Of a stretch of DNA of 64,000 nt, positions 9,653 through 19,260 are shown one piece after another; position 1 is the stretch's first letter, and every line of letters starts with the position of its first letter. The stretch comes from Pseudomonadota bacterium (lineage in GTDB: Bacteria > Pseudomonadota > Gammaproteobacteria > Burkholderiales > Burkholderiaceae_C). The stretch spans positions 10,277-74,276 of the forward strand of contig JAKBBP010000009.1 in NCBI GenBank assembly GCA_021808445.1, in the 5' to 3' direction. Made by a program: the position numbers and the translations under genes. The notes below the pieces were generated by a model. That model was not told the origin of the DNA and searched no databases. It saw only the letters and a list, made by a program, of their open reading frames with translations.

Positions 9653-10054
9653 ATGCGCTACTTCGAAACCCGCAAGGCCCGCATCGAGATCATTCCCATG
9701 ATCGACATCATGTTCTTTCTGCTGGTGTTCTTCATCATGGTGACCCTGCGCATGATCCCCGCCGACGGCATCGCCTCGCGACTGCCGACCAGCTCCACCG
9801 CCAAGACGCTGGCGCCCCCGCAGGTGACGGTGGTGGTCGACCGCGCGGGCGTGATCCACGTGGGCGCCCTGCAGCTCGATGAACAGCAGCTCACGAGACT
9901 GCTGGAGAACAAGCAGGACCCTTCGCATCTGCAAGTCGTGCTCGCCGGGGACCGTCACACGCCGCTGCAGTTGCTCATGCGCGTGATGGACGCATGCCGG
10001 CGCGCCGGCGTCACCCGCATCGGGCTGGCCGCGCAGCAGGCGAGCGGATCGTGA
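9653..10054 (+). CDS. exbD: ExbD/TolR biopolymer transport protein
   Basis: IEIIPMIDIMFFLLVFFIM; start ATG 9653. Confidence 0.93.
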   Translation: MRYFETRKARIEIIPMIDIMFFLLVFFIMVTLRMIPADGIASRLPTSSTAKTLAPPQVTVVVDRAGVIHVGALQLDEQQLTRLLENKQDPSHLQVVLAGDRHTPLQLLMRVMDACRRAGVTRIGLAAQQASGS

Positions 10055-10803
10055 GCGCCTTGGCGAGGCCCGGCGCAGGGGCTCGGGACATGGCCCTGCC
10101 CGACGACTCCTGGGAGGAGCCTGGCGGCCGCGGCCGCTGGCCCGTGGCGCTCGCGCTGGCCGTGTTGATCGAGGCCACGCTGCTGGCTGCGCTGGCCTGG
10201 CTGGGCACCCACCAGGCGGCTCCGCCTCCGCCGCCAGTGGAAATCACGCTGAGCCAGCCCAAGCCCCTGCCCAAGCCCCTGCCTAAACCGCTCACGCCCA
10301 AGCCGCCACCGCCCAAGCCCAAACCCCAACCCAAGCCCCAGCCCAAGCCGAAGCCTCGTCCGCTGCACCCGCTTCCCAGGCCGCTGCCCCCGCCGCCTCA
10401 ACCGCGCGCGCTCATCCCGCCGCCGTCGCCCCAGCCTGCCGCCAGGCCGGCGATGCCGGTGGCGCCGCCGCCTCCGCCACCTCCGGCACCGCGGCCGCAC
10501 CCCGATCTGGCGGCCACGCGCCTGAGTTTCGAGGGCGCGCTGCGCGAGGCCATCCAGGCGGCAGTGCGTTTCCCCGAGGCCGCGCGCCTCATGCATGTGG
10601 GCGGGCGCGTGCTGGTCAGCTTCGGGTTTCTCGACGGCAAGGTCAGCCAGGTACGGGTCGCCCAGTCCAGCTCGGTGCCCATGCTCGATGCCGCGGCCCT
10701 GGCCGCGGTGCGCGAGGCACCCTACCCACCCACGCCGGCCGCGCTGGCCTCCCAGCCCATGCGTTTTCGCATCTGGGTCCGTTTCCATCTCGAAGACCGC
10801 TGA
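10051..10803 (+). CDS. tonB: Energy transducer TonB
   Basis: N-terminal TM, Pro-Lys repeats, C-terminal domain (FPEAAR...SSSVPMLDAAAL); GTG overlaps exbD stop, ATG 10090 is the alternative. Confidence 0.88.
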   Translation: MSALARPGAGARDMALPDDSWEEPGGRGRWPVALALAVLIEATLLAALAWLGTHQAAPPPPPVEITLSQPKPLPKPLPKPLTPKPPPPKPKPQPKPQPKPKPRPLHPLPRPLPPPPQPRALIPPPSPQPAARPAMPVAPPPPPPPAPRPHPDLAATRLSFEGALREAIQAAVRFPEAARLMHVGGRVLVSFGFLDGKVSQVRVAQSSSVPMLDAAALAAVREAPYPPTPAALASQPMRFRIWVRFHLEDR

Positions 10804-11795
10804 TGATCCGACTCGCCTTCGTCCTTCTGCTCTGCGCGCTGTCCCTGGCCACGGCCCGGGCGCGCCCCCTGACGGTGTATGCCGCCTTCGGCTACGACCG
10901 TGCCGTGGCACAGGCCTTCACCCGCAGCACTGGCATCGCCGTCGACCTGGTCCACCTGAGCACCGGCCCCCTGCAGGCACGCGTGCAGGCCGAAGGCGCC
11001 AGGCCGCAGTGGGACGTGCTGTGGTTCGATGGGGACATGGCCATGCGCGACATGGCCGCTCGGCATCTGCTGGCCTGCGGCTGGCTCCCCGCGCTGGACT
11101 ATGACGCGCAGGGACGCGCCCTGCTGCCCGCCGATCGCTGCTATCTGCCGGTGGGCCTGACCTACGCGGGAGCCCTGCTGGTGAACACGCGGCGCCTGCA
11201 CCCGGTTCCTCGCAACTGGGCGGACCTGCTGGCGCCGAGCCTGCGCGGCAAGGTGGGCATGAACAATCCGGCCATCTCCGGCCCCACCTTCCCCTTCGTG
11301 GCAGGCATCCTGCAACACGATGGCATGCGCGCCGGCCAGGCCTGGTTCGAGCAACTGAAGGCCCATGGACTGAAGGTGTATCCGACCAACAGCGTGACCC
11401 TGCGTGCCCTGCAGTACGGTCAGATCGACGTGGCCGTGGTGCAGAGCTCGGCCGCGCTGGGCTTCGCACAACGCCAGCCGGGGCTGCGCATCGTCACCCC
11501 GCATCCCGTGGCCGAGCTGCCGTCGGACATCGCCATCGGGGCCCAGGTGCGCGGGCCCGAGCTGCAGCAGGCCCGGCGCTTTGTCGAATTCGTGTTGTCA
11601 GCGGCGGGCCAGCGTGCGATGCAGCATGGCGACCCCAGCGCGGATTCGAACTACCAGCCGCTGCTGCGCGGCGTCGCGCCACTGCCGGCGGTGGCGAGCC
11701 TGAAGCCGCGCGATGCCCAGCGCCTGGATCCGGGCCTCTGGGGCGCGCGCGAGGCCGCCGTGGACCTGTGGTTCAGCCAGCACGTACTGCATTGA
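10803..11795 (+). CDS. ABC substrate-binding protein (AfuA/PhnS/FbpA-like cluster)
   Basis: Signal peptide; LSTGPLQARVQAEGARPQWDV, MNNPAISG. Confidence 0.85.
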   Translation: MIRLAFVLLLCALSLATARARPLTVYAAFGYDRAVAQAFTRSTGIAVDLVHLSTGPLQARVQAEGARPQWDVLWFDGDMAMRDMAARHLLACGWLPALDYDAQGRALLPADRCYLPVGLTYAGALLVNTRRLHPVPRNWADLLAPSLRGKVGMNNPAISGPTFPFVAGILQHDGMRAGQAWFEQLKAHGLKVYPTNSVTLRALQYGQIDVAVVQSSAALGFAQRQPGLRIVTPHPVAELPSDIAIGAQVRGPELQQARRFVEFVLSAAGQRAMQHGDPSADSNYQPLLRGVAPLPAVASLKPRDAQRLDPGLWGAREAAVDLWFSQHVLH

Positions 11796-13549
11796 GCGCT
11801 CCCAGGACCTGGCTGCCCCTTGCACGGCGCGAGTTCGCGACCGAGGGCGCAGGCCTTGCAACCCCGGGCTCGGGGCGTGGCGCCGCCTTGCGGCGCATGC
11901 TCCGGCGCAGCTGCCAGCGTAGCGGCGGCGCGCTGGGCCCCGCGCTGCTCGCGCTGGCCGCGCTGGCCCTGTGGGGCTGGCCGCTCGGCGGATTCCTGGG
12001 CCAGGCCCTGCTGCCCGGCTTGTTGCGTGGCGGCCTGCATCCGAGCCTGGCCGCCTTCGGTCAGGCCTGGGCCGACGGCGGCGCCGGGGCGCTGCGCAAC
12101 AGCTGGCTGATCTCCATGCTGGCGAGTCTGCTCGCGCTGCCGCTGGGGGCCTGGCTGGCCTGGCTGCGCGAGCGCAGCCTGCTGGCGTGGCGGGGCTGGA
12201 TCGAAGCCGGCGTATGGCTGCTGCTCGTGCTCCCCGGCTATTTCGTCGCCTCGGGATGGATGTTGCTGGCCGCGCCGGTGGGCCCCCTGGCGCACTGGCC
12301 CTGGCTGCTGGCTCGCGCACAGGATCTGCTGGGGCCGCCAGGCATCGTCATCAGCCTGGCCTTCAAGGCGCTGCCCTACACCTTCCTGGCCCTGCAACTC
12401 AGCCTGCGCGCCATGTCGGCGGCGCCGCAGGAAGCCGCGCGCGTGCTCGGCCTGGGAAGGATGCATCGCCTGCGCCTGGCCCTGCAGGCACTGCTGCCGG
12501 CCCTGGCCGCCGGCTTCGCCGCCGCCTTCGCCGAATCGGCCAGTGACTTCGCCGTCGCCGCCACCCTGGGCGCGGGCAGCGGCACGATGATGGCCACCTA
12601 TGCCATCCAGCAGTCGGTGGCGGCGATGCCGGTGAACTTTCCGGCCGCGGCGGCCGGCTCCTGGATGCTGCTGGGCCTGGTGGCGCCCGCCTTGTGGCTG
12701 CAGGCGCAGGCGCGCCGCCGCTCGGTCGCCGCGCGCAGCGTGGGCTCGCGCCACCGCCCCGCGACACCCCGAGCGCTGAGCCCCGGACAGACCCTGGCCC
12801 ATGGCTGCGGCGCGGCCCTGCTGGGCCTGCTCGCGCTGGGGGTGCCCTTGTTCAGCGCCACCAGCCTGGCCTTGGGAGGCATCGGCCACGGGCACAGCTT
12901 CACGCGAGCCGCCGCGCAGGTGCTTCCGGCCTTCGGCTACTCGCTGCGCATGGCCCTGCTGGCCGCCAGCGCCGCCACCGCGCTGGCGTGGCCGATCGCT
13001 CGGGCGCTGGCCGCCGGCAGCCGCCTCGGGCGCTTCGTCGACCTCGGGCTCACGGCGGCCATGGCGCTGCCCGGCATCGTGCTGGCGGCCGCCTATGTGC
13101 AGATGTACAACCTGTCGGTCACGCCCTGGTATGGCGGCAGCGGGCTGCTGGCCATGGCCTACGTCGCGCTGGCGCTGCCGGCCGCGACCCGCCTGCTGCA
13201 GGGACCGGTGGCACAACTGCACGGCAGCCTGGGCGAGGCCGCACGCGTGCACGGCCTGTCGCGCCTGCAGGCGCTGCTGCGCGTGGAATGGCCGCTGCTC
13301 GCTCCGGCCCTGGGCGCCGCCTGGTTGATGGCCGCGCTGCATGTGGCCTTCGAACTTCCCGCATCGCAGCTGCTGTATCCGGCAGGGCATGCGCCGCTGG
13401 CGGTGGCCTTGCTGAACGCCGCCTCGGGCTTTCAGCTGCGCCTGCAGGCGCGACTGCAATTGCTGGGCATCGCGCTGCTGCTCGGCTTCGCGGCGCTGGC
13501 GCGCTGGACCTTCGCACGCGCGGCCCGGCGCCTGGGAGCCCCGCGATGA
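11792..13549 (+). CDS. ABC permease, duplicated domain (FbpB/AfuB type)
   Basis: Two EAA loops (EAARVLGLG, EAARVHGLS), about 12 TM; start uncertain (TTG 11792 overlapping SBP stop, or ATG 11897). Confidence 0.85.
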   Translation: MSAPRTWLPLARREFATEGAGLATPGSGRGAALRRMLRRSCQRSGGALGPALLALAALALWGWPLGGFLGQALLPGLLRGGLHPSLAAFGQAWADGGAGALRNSWLISMLASLLALPLGAWLAWLRERSLLAWRGWIEAGVWLLLVLPGYFVASGWMLLAAPVGPLAHWPWLLARAQDLLGPPGIVISLAFKALPYTFLALQLSLRAMSAAPQEAARVLGLGRMHRLRLALQALLPALAAGFAAAFAESASDFAVAATLGAGSGTMMATYAIQQSVAAMPVNFPAAAAGSWMLLGLVAPALWLQAQARRRSVAARSVGSRHRPATPRALSPGQTLAHGCGAALLGLLALGVPLFSATSLALGGIGHGHSFTRAAAQVLPAFGYSLRMALLAASAATALAWPIARALAAGSRLGRFVDLGLTAAMALPGIVLAAAYVQMYNLSVTPWYGGSGLLAMAYVALALPAATRLLQGPVAQLHGSLGEAARVHGLSRLQALLRVEWPLLAPALGAAWLMAALHVAFELPASQLLYPAGHAPLAVALLNAASGFQLRLQARLQLLGIALLLGFAALARWTFARAARRLGAPR

Positions 13550-14643
13550 ATGCCCTCGAACTGATCGGCGTGCGCAAACACTTCGGCGGGCATGCGGCCT
13601 TGAGCGGCCTGGATCTGCAGGTCGAGGCCGGGCGCATCGTATGCCTGCTCGGCGCATCCGGCTCGGGCAAGACCACCTTGCTGCGCATTGTCGCCGGGCT
13701 GGAAAGCCCCGACGACGGCACCGTGCGCATCGCCGGGTTGACGGTGGCAGCTCCAGGACAGGCGCCGCTGGCCCCGGAGCGCAGGGGACTGGGCATGGTG
13801 TTCCAGGACTACGCGCTGTGGCCGCACCTCAGTGCGCTGGACAACGTGGCGCTGCCGCTGCGGGCCCGGAGCCAGCCGCGGGCTGCGGAACAGGCGCTGG
13901 ACATGCTGCGCCGCGTGGGCCTCGAAGCCCAGCGCGACCGGCGCCCGCACGAACTCTCCGGCGGGCAGCAGCAGCGCGTGGCCCTCGCGCGGGCGCTGGC
14001 GGTGCGCCCGCGCCTGCTCCTGTGCGACGAGCCCCTGTCCAACCTGGACGCCGGCTTGCGCGAGGAACTGCGCGACCTGATCGGCGGCGTGGTGCGCGAG
14101 CATGGACTGTCGGCTCTGTACATTACCCACGACCATCGTGAGGCCTTTGCGCTCGGTGACCAGGTCGGTATCCTGGACGCTGGCGTGTTGCGCCAGATCG
14201 ATGCGCCTCGCCGCCTGCTGGCGAGCCCCTGCGACGAGCAGGTCGCGCGCTTCGTGCACGCGCCGGGGCCCTGGACGCTGCGCCGCGCGCATGCCACGCT
14301 GCGGGCCCCGTGGGGGCCCTTGCCTCCCGAGTCCGCAGGCCGGGGCGGCGACGGCGCACGGCTGTACCTGCCCGGCGCGGCGCTGCGCGCGGCCGACGGT
14401 CCGGCACGCGAAGGCGAGCGCATGGTGACGGCGCAGGTCTTGCGCTGCGTGGCCACGCCTCGCGGCGCCGAGCTGCAGGTCACGCTGCACGGCGTGGCGC
14501 TGCGGGTGATCAGCCCTGCATGGCATGCGCCGGGCGACCCTGTGGACCTGTACCTGGACCTGCGACAGGCGCTGATCTACGACGACGCACCCGCAGCCCA
14601 GCGGGCCTGCAACGACCAACCCGAAACGGAGAAGCAGATTTGA
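13546..14643 (+). CDS. ABC ATP-binding protein
   Basis: Walker A GASGSGKT, LSGGQQQR, CDEP; ATGA overlap with permease. Confidence 0.93.
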   Translation: MNALELIGVRKHFGGHAALSGLDLQVEAGRIVCLLGASGSGKTTLLRIVAGLESPDDGTVRIAGLTVAAPGQAPLAPERRGLGMVFQDYALWPHLSALDNVALPLRARSQPRAAEQALDMLRRVGLEAQRDRRPHELSGGQQQRVALARALAVRPRLLLCDEPLSNLDAGLREELRDLIGGVVREHGLSALYITHDHREAFALGDQVGILDAGVLRQIDAPRRLLASPCDEQVARFVHAPGPWTLRRAHATLRAPWGPLPPESAGRGGDGARLYLPGAALRAADGPAREGERMVTAQVLRCVATPRGAELQVTLHGVALRVISPAWHAPGDPVDLYLDLRQALIYDDAPAAQRACNDQPETEKQI

Positions 14644-15386
14644 TGAATTGGACACATTGGGGCGCTGCGGGCGCGATTTTCGCGGCCAGCGCCGTGGAAT
14701 GGGTGGAGGCCTTCACGATCGTGCTGGCCGTCGCCCTGAGCATCGGCTGGGCGCGCGCCACCAGCGCGGCGATCAGCGCGCTGGCCGTGGTGAGCCTGCT
14801 CGTGGCCGCGGGAGCCGCCGGACTGCGCTGGATCGACGGCGACATGCAACTCATGCGCGCCGCCATCGGCGTGTTCCTGCTGCTGTTCGGGTTGCGCTGG
14901 TACGTCAAGGCCGTGCGGCGCTACGCCGGACGCACCCGATTGCACGACGAACTCGAGGAATTCCGCGAAACTCGAGAGGCCCTGGATCACGCGGAGCTGC
15001 GCGCGGCCTGGCTGGTGGCTTTCAAGGGCGTGCTGCTCGAAGGCCTGGAAGTGTGGCTGCTGGTCGTGGCCATGGGCCACGGCCTCGACCTGGGCCAGTC
15101 GGCCGCGGCCGCGGTACTGGCGCTGCTGGTGGTGGTGCTGGCAGGCATGGCGCTGCGCGCGCCGCTGAGCGCGGTTCCGGAGAACACCCTGAAATTCCTG
15201 GTGGCCTGCGCCTTGCTGGCCTTCGGCAGTTTCTGGAGCCTGGCCGGCGTGCTGGGCGAAACCGCGGCCTGGCCCCTGGGAGACCTCAGCCTGCCGCTGC
15301 TGTTCCTCATCTACGCGGTCTGCGGCCGCCTGCTGGGCGCGCATCTGCGCCTGCCCGCCGCGACTGCCGTCGGGAGCCAGGCATGA
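14643..15386 (+). CDS. COG4280-like membrane protein
   Basis: Hydrophobic, two acidic motifs AVEWVEAFTIVLA and VLLEGLEV; start overlaps ATPase stop. Confidence 0.7.
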   Translation: MNWTHWGAAGAIFAASAVEWVEAFTIVLAVALSIGWARATSAAISALAVVSLLVAAGAAGLRWIDGDMQLMRAAIGVFLLLFGLRWYVKAVRRYAGRTRLHDELEEFRETREALDHAELRAAWLVAFKGVLLEGLEVWLLVVAMGHGLDLGQSAAAAVLALLVVVLAGMALRAPLSAVPENTLKFLVACALLAFGSFWSLAGVLGETAAWPLGDLSLPLLFLIYAVCGRLLGAHLRLPAATAVGSQA

Positions 15387-15547
15387 AGAAACTGCTGCAA
15401 TTGGTGTTCGGGGACTGGCGCAACGCCGGGGCGGTGGCCGCCTCGGCCCTCGCGGCCTACGGGGCGGCGCGAGCCTGGCCGGGCGTGGGTGCCTGGGTCC
15501 TGGTGCCCGCGCTGCTGCTGGCCGCGTGGTGGCAGGCCTCGGCCTGA
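15383..15547 (+). CDS. 54-aa hydrophobic membrane protein
   Basis: ATGA overlap with upstream gene; MKKLLQLVFGDWRNAG...; two hydrophobic segments. Confidence 0.65.
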   Translation: MKKLLQLVFGDWRNAGAVAASALAAYGAARAWPGVGAWVLVPALLLAAWWQASA

Positions 15548-15603
15548 TTCAGGCCTCGGCCAGCGCGAGTGCCCGATGCAGCGCGGGGCACTCGGCGCCC
15601 GCT

Positions 15604-16029
15604 TCAAGCCACCCGCAATCCTCCGCTGCCCGGCGTGCTCGAACGGCCGGAGGGCTGCCCCTCGGCGTCCAGATCGAGCATGCAGGCCTGCACCGTCTCG
15701 AGGTTGTTGTCGCGCGCGAAGCGCAGCACGAACTGGTAGGCCATGGGCTCGACATCGGCCAGCTCGCGGCTGACCACCACCGCCCGCACCCCATCGACCA
15801 GCGTGGGCATGCACAGCGGCGAGTAGCACAGATGGTCTTCGGCGTGGCCCGCCCCTACCGGGCGAAAGCGCGACATCACGCCGGCCAGGCGTTCCGCCCA
15901 GTCGCTGGGACGGAAGGCTCGTCCTTCGTGCGTGCGCCCCAGCACCAGGATTTCTCCAGGCTGGAGGTCACGGTTCAAGGCCCGTTGCACGGCGCGTTGT
16001 ACGGCCGCCGGATCGGTGGGATCAAGCAT
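15604..16029 (-). CDS. DUF3579-like protein
   Basis: GRTHEGRAFRPSDWAERLAGVM; start ATG 16029. Confidence 0.75.
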   Translation of the reverse strand: MLDPTDPAAVQRAVQRALNRDLQPGEILVLGRTHEGRAFRPSDWAERLAGVMSRFRPVGAGHAEDHLCYSPLCMPTLVDGVRAVVVSRELADVEPMAYQFVLRFARDNNLETVQACMLDLDAEGQPSGRSSTPGSGGLRVA

Positions 16030-16224
16030 CGGAGAAGCCTGCACGAAGGATGGTGTCCAGAACGTATTCTGCGCCTCACCAGCCCCCCTGGCAAACCCTG
16101 AGGCCCGTGGAACCCTCCCTGTCCGCCGCTGCGCAGGGGGACGGGCGCCGTGCGGGGCTACCATCCGTTGCATGCATACGTCGTTTTCCGGCTTTGCTGC
16201 CCGGCCCGCAAGCTCCCGCCGCGC

Positions 16225-16680
16225 ATGAGGGACACACTGAACCAGGGACGCCTGTGGGTGCTGGCCCAGTTCACCCTGGTCGCGCTGATGCTGGCGTGGC
16301 CGGCGCACTGGCGCCTTCCCGCGGCTGCGCTGGGCCTGGGCCTGGCTGCGCTGGCTCTGGGCCTCTGGGTGCTGGCGTGGAACCGCCCCGGCAATTTCAA
16401 CATCCACCCGCAACCCCGGCAGGCCGGGCGCCTGGTCACCGGCGGGCCCTACCGACGCATGCGCCATCCCATGTATACGTCGCTGCTGCTGCTGATGGCC
16501 GCGGTGGCCGTGGCCGCCGCCGACCTGCCCCGGCTGGCGGCCTGGGTGGCGCTGCTGCTGGTGCTGCAGGGCAAGTCGACCATGGAGGAGCGGCTGCTGC
16601 TGCAGCGCTGGCCCGAATACGCCGCCTACCGGGCGCGCACCTGGAAATTCATCCCTCGGCCAGGCCGGCTGGACCCCTGA
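16225..16680 (+). CDS. Isoprenylcysteine carboxyl methyltransferase (ICMT/PEMT) family membrane protein
   Basis: LVTGGPYRRMRHPMY, EERLL...Y..YR. Confidence 0.85.
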   Translation: MRDTLNQGRLWVLAQFTLVALMLAWPAHWRLPAAALGLGLAALALGLWVLAWNRPGNFNIHPQPRQAGRLVTGGPYRRMRHPMYTSLLLLMAAVAVAAADLPRLAAWVALLLVLQGKSTMEERLLLQRWPEYAAYRARTWKFIPRPGRLDP

Positions 16681-17509
16681 GCGCCATGCGCCGCACCCAG
16701 GCGGCGCCTGCGCCCAGCAGGAGCAGCACGCCCCAGCACGCCCCGGGCGCGGGACTTCCCAGCAGGGCCTGCAGCAGCAGGGCCGCACAGGCCGCCAGGG
16801 ACAGGCGCGCCGGCAAGGAGCCCTGAGGCGGCCTGCCGCGCGGAGCGATCCACAGCAGGGAAAGCGCGAGCACGCAGCATCCGACCTGCGCGGCCAGCGC
16901 CCACCACGCGCTGCCCGCCGGGCTGACCAGCCAGTTCTCGCCCGCCACCACGGAGGCGACGGGCAGGATCACGGCGGCGCCGATGAGCTGGTAGAACACG
17001 AACTGCTCGCCCGCGCACTGGTCCAGGCGCGGGTCGCGCAACAGGCGCTGCTGGGCCACCCAGGCCAGTGCCGCGCAGGCGGCCAGGGCCATGCCGGCCA
17101 GCGGCAAGGTGCCAGCCAGCACCAGCATCGCCAGCATGCCGGCCAGCGTCGCCGGCCACGCGCGCAGTCCACCGCGCAGCGCGGCCTGCAGCAACAGCGC
17201 GCCGGCGCTGAACTCCACCGCGGCGGCGGCGCCGATCCGGGGAACGGCCAGGTACAGCAAGGCCATGCGGGCGCTGAACAGAAGGCCCAGGCCCATGCCC
17301 GGGGTCAGCGTGGCGTCCTGGGCGAACACCGCGATGGGGCGCCAGCGGGTCCACAGCCACATCAGGAACAGCGAGGCCGTGCTGCTCAGCGTGGCCTGCA
17401 GCAAAGGTGGCACCCAGGGCAGCGCGACCGCCACCGCGACCAGCTGCACGCCCCACAGCATGGCCCCGGCGGCTTCGCCGCGTCCCGCCTCGAGCGAACT
17501 CGCGTCCAT
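16649..17509 (-). CDS. Divergent EamA/DMT family transporter
   Basis: About 9-10 hydrophobic segments; MLWGVQLVAV...PPLLQA, QFVFYQL; downstream of trpE. Confidence 0.6.
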   Translation of the reverse strand: MDASSLEAGRGEAAGAMLWGVQLVAVAVALPWVPPLLQATLSSTASLFLMWLWTRWRPIAVFAQDATLTPGMGLGLLFSARMALLYLAVPRIGAAAAVEFSAGALLLQAALRGGLRAWPATLAGMLAMLVLAGTLPLAGMALAACAALAWVAQQRLLRDPRLDQCAGEQFVFYQLIGAAVILPVASVVAGENWLVSPAGSAWWALAAQVGCCVLALSLLWIAPRGRPPQGSLPARLSLAACAALLLQALLGSPAPGACWGVLLLLGAGAAWVRRMALRGPAGLAEG

Positions 17510-17549
17510 GGGCCCGGGCGGTGTGCGGCGCGCGATGGCGTGCGCGTGC

Positions 17550-19046
17550 TCAGGCGTCCAGGCCCTGCTGCACCTGCTCGGCGGCGCGCAACACCGCGCG
17601 CGCCTTGGCCTCGGTCTCGCGCCATTCCATCTCGGGCACCGAGTCGGCCACCACCCCCGCGGCCGCCTGCACGTACAGCCAGCCTTCCTTGACGATGCCG
17701 GTGCGAATGGCGATGGCCAGGTCCATGTCCCCGGCGAAGCTCCAGTAGCCCACGGCTCCGCCGTACAGGCCGCGGCGCGTGGGCTCGAGCTCATCGATCA
17801 CTTCCATCGCGCGGATTTTCGGCGCCCCCGACAAGGTGCCTGCCGGGAAGGTGGCACGCATCACGTCCAGCGCGCCCAGACCGGGTTGCAGCAAGCCCTC
17901 CACGTTGCTGACGATGTGCATGACGTGGGAATAGCGTTCGATGGCGAAGGCCTCGGTCACCTGCACGGTGCCGATGCGGGCGATGCGCCCGAGGTCGTTG
18001 CGCGCCAGGTCGATGAGCATCAGGTGCTCGGCGCGCTCCTTGGGGTCGGCCAGCAGTTCGCGCTCATTGGCCAGGTCCCGCTCCTGGGTGTCTGCGCGCG
18101 GACGCGTGCCGGCCAGCGGGCGGATGGTGACCTTCTGGCCCTCGGGCGTGGCTTCCTGGCGCACCAGGATCTCCGGCGAGGAGCCGACCACCTGGAAATC
18201 GCCGAAGTTGTACAGGTACATGTACGGCGAGGGATTCAGGGTACGCAGCGCGCGGTACAGGGACAGGGGTGACTGCTCGAAACGCTTGCGCAGTCGCTGC
18301 CCCACCTGCACCTGCATGAAGTCGCCCGCGGCGATCAGTTCCTTGGCTCGCACGACCGCACGCAGATAGTCGGCATGCTCGAACTCATGCTCCACCGGCG
18401 TGACCTCGGCGGGCGGCATCGCGGGCGCCTTCACGCTGGCACGCAGCAGCTGGCGCAACTCGAGCAGGCGGGCCTGCGCGCGCGCATGCGCATCGGGCTG
18501 TGTCGGATCCGCGTAGACGATGAAGCTCAGGCGCCCCGACAGGTTGTCGATCACCGCCAGCTCCTCGCATTGCAGCAGCAGGATGTCGGGCAGGTCCAGG
18601 GGGTCCGGGCGCGGGTTGCGCCGCGCCGAGGCCTGCAGGCGAGGCTCGATGTAGCGCGCCGCGTCGTAGCCGAAGTAGCCCGCCAGCCCACCGCAAAAGC
18701 GCGGCATTCCCTGCGGCAGCGCCACCTTGTGGCGGGCGCGGAACGCCTCGATGAACGCCAGTGGGGGCTGCTCGGAACGCTCCACCTCGACTCCGCCGCG
18801 CAGCACGCGGGTGATGCCGCCTTTGACGCGCAGCTCGGTGCCCGCGGCCAGGCCGATGAAGGAATAGCGCCCGAAACGTTCTCCGCCCACCACGGATTCG
18901 AGCAGGAAGGTGTTGCGCGCGGCCCCGCCCTCGGTCAGCTTGAGGTACAGCGACAGCGGAGTCTCGAGGTCGGCGAAGGCCTGCGAAACCATCGCGATAC
19001 GGTTGTAGCCGGCGTCGGCCAGGGCCTGGAATTCGGATTCAGTCAT
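17550..19046 (-). CDS. trpE: Anthranilate synthase component I
   Basis: FLLESVVGGERFGRYSFIG, SPYMY, IRPLAGTRPR, EHLMLIDLARND, YVQAAAGVVADS. Confidence 0.97.
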   Translation of the reverse strand: MTESEFQALADAGYNRIAMVSQAFADLETPLSLYLKLTEGGAARNTFLLESVVGGERFGRYSFIGLAAGTELRVKGGITRVLRGGVEVERSEQPPLAFIEAFRARHKVALPQGMPRFCGGLAGYFGYDAARYIEPRLQASARRNPRPDPLDLPDILLLQCEELAVIDNLSGRLSFIVYADPTQPDAHARAQARLLELRQLLRASVKAPAMPPAEVTPVEHEFEHADYLRAVVRAKELIAAGDFMQVQVGQRLRKRFEQSPLSLYRALRTLNPSPYMYLYNFGDFQVVGSSPEILVRQEATPEGQKVTIRPLAGTRPRADTQERDLANERELLADPKERAEHLMLIDLARNDLGRIARIGTVQVTEAFAIERYSHVMHIVSNVEGLLQPGLGALDVMRATFPAGTLSGAPKIRAMEVIDELEPTRRGLYGGAVGYWSFAGDMDLAIAIRTGIVKEGWLYVQAAAGVVADSVPEMEWRETEAKARAVLRAAEQVQQGLDA

Positions 19047-19136
19047 GCTTGTCTCGCTGGCGGCCATGCGGCCACCGGATGGTCAGGTGCCGCCCGCGAC
19101 GGGCGGTCTCGGATGCGCGGCGCAGCGCGCCGCCAA

Positions 19137-19226
19137 TCACGCCGCGCAGCGGCGCAAGCAGCAGCGGCGCCAGGGCCAGGCTCCCCGGTCCACCGAACCC
19201 AATGCGTGCTTGCGAGAGACGAACAT
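19137..19226 (-). CDS. Putative trp leader peptide (29 aa, Trp-Pro-Trp)
   Basis: MFVSRKHALGSVDRGAWPWRRCCLRRCAA with TGG CCC TGG; ends about 90 nt before trpE; not in ORF track. Confidence 0.6.
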   Translation of the reverse strand: MFVSRKHALGSVDRGAWPWRRCCLRRCAA

Positions 19227-19260
19227 CGACGAGTACCCAGAAAGGGCGTGCAGGAGTCGG

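Noticed and set aside
10230-10500. Pro-Lys low-complexity repeats
   Set aside because: Normal periplasm-spanning linker of TonB.
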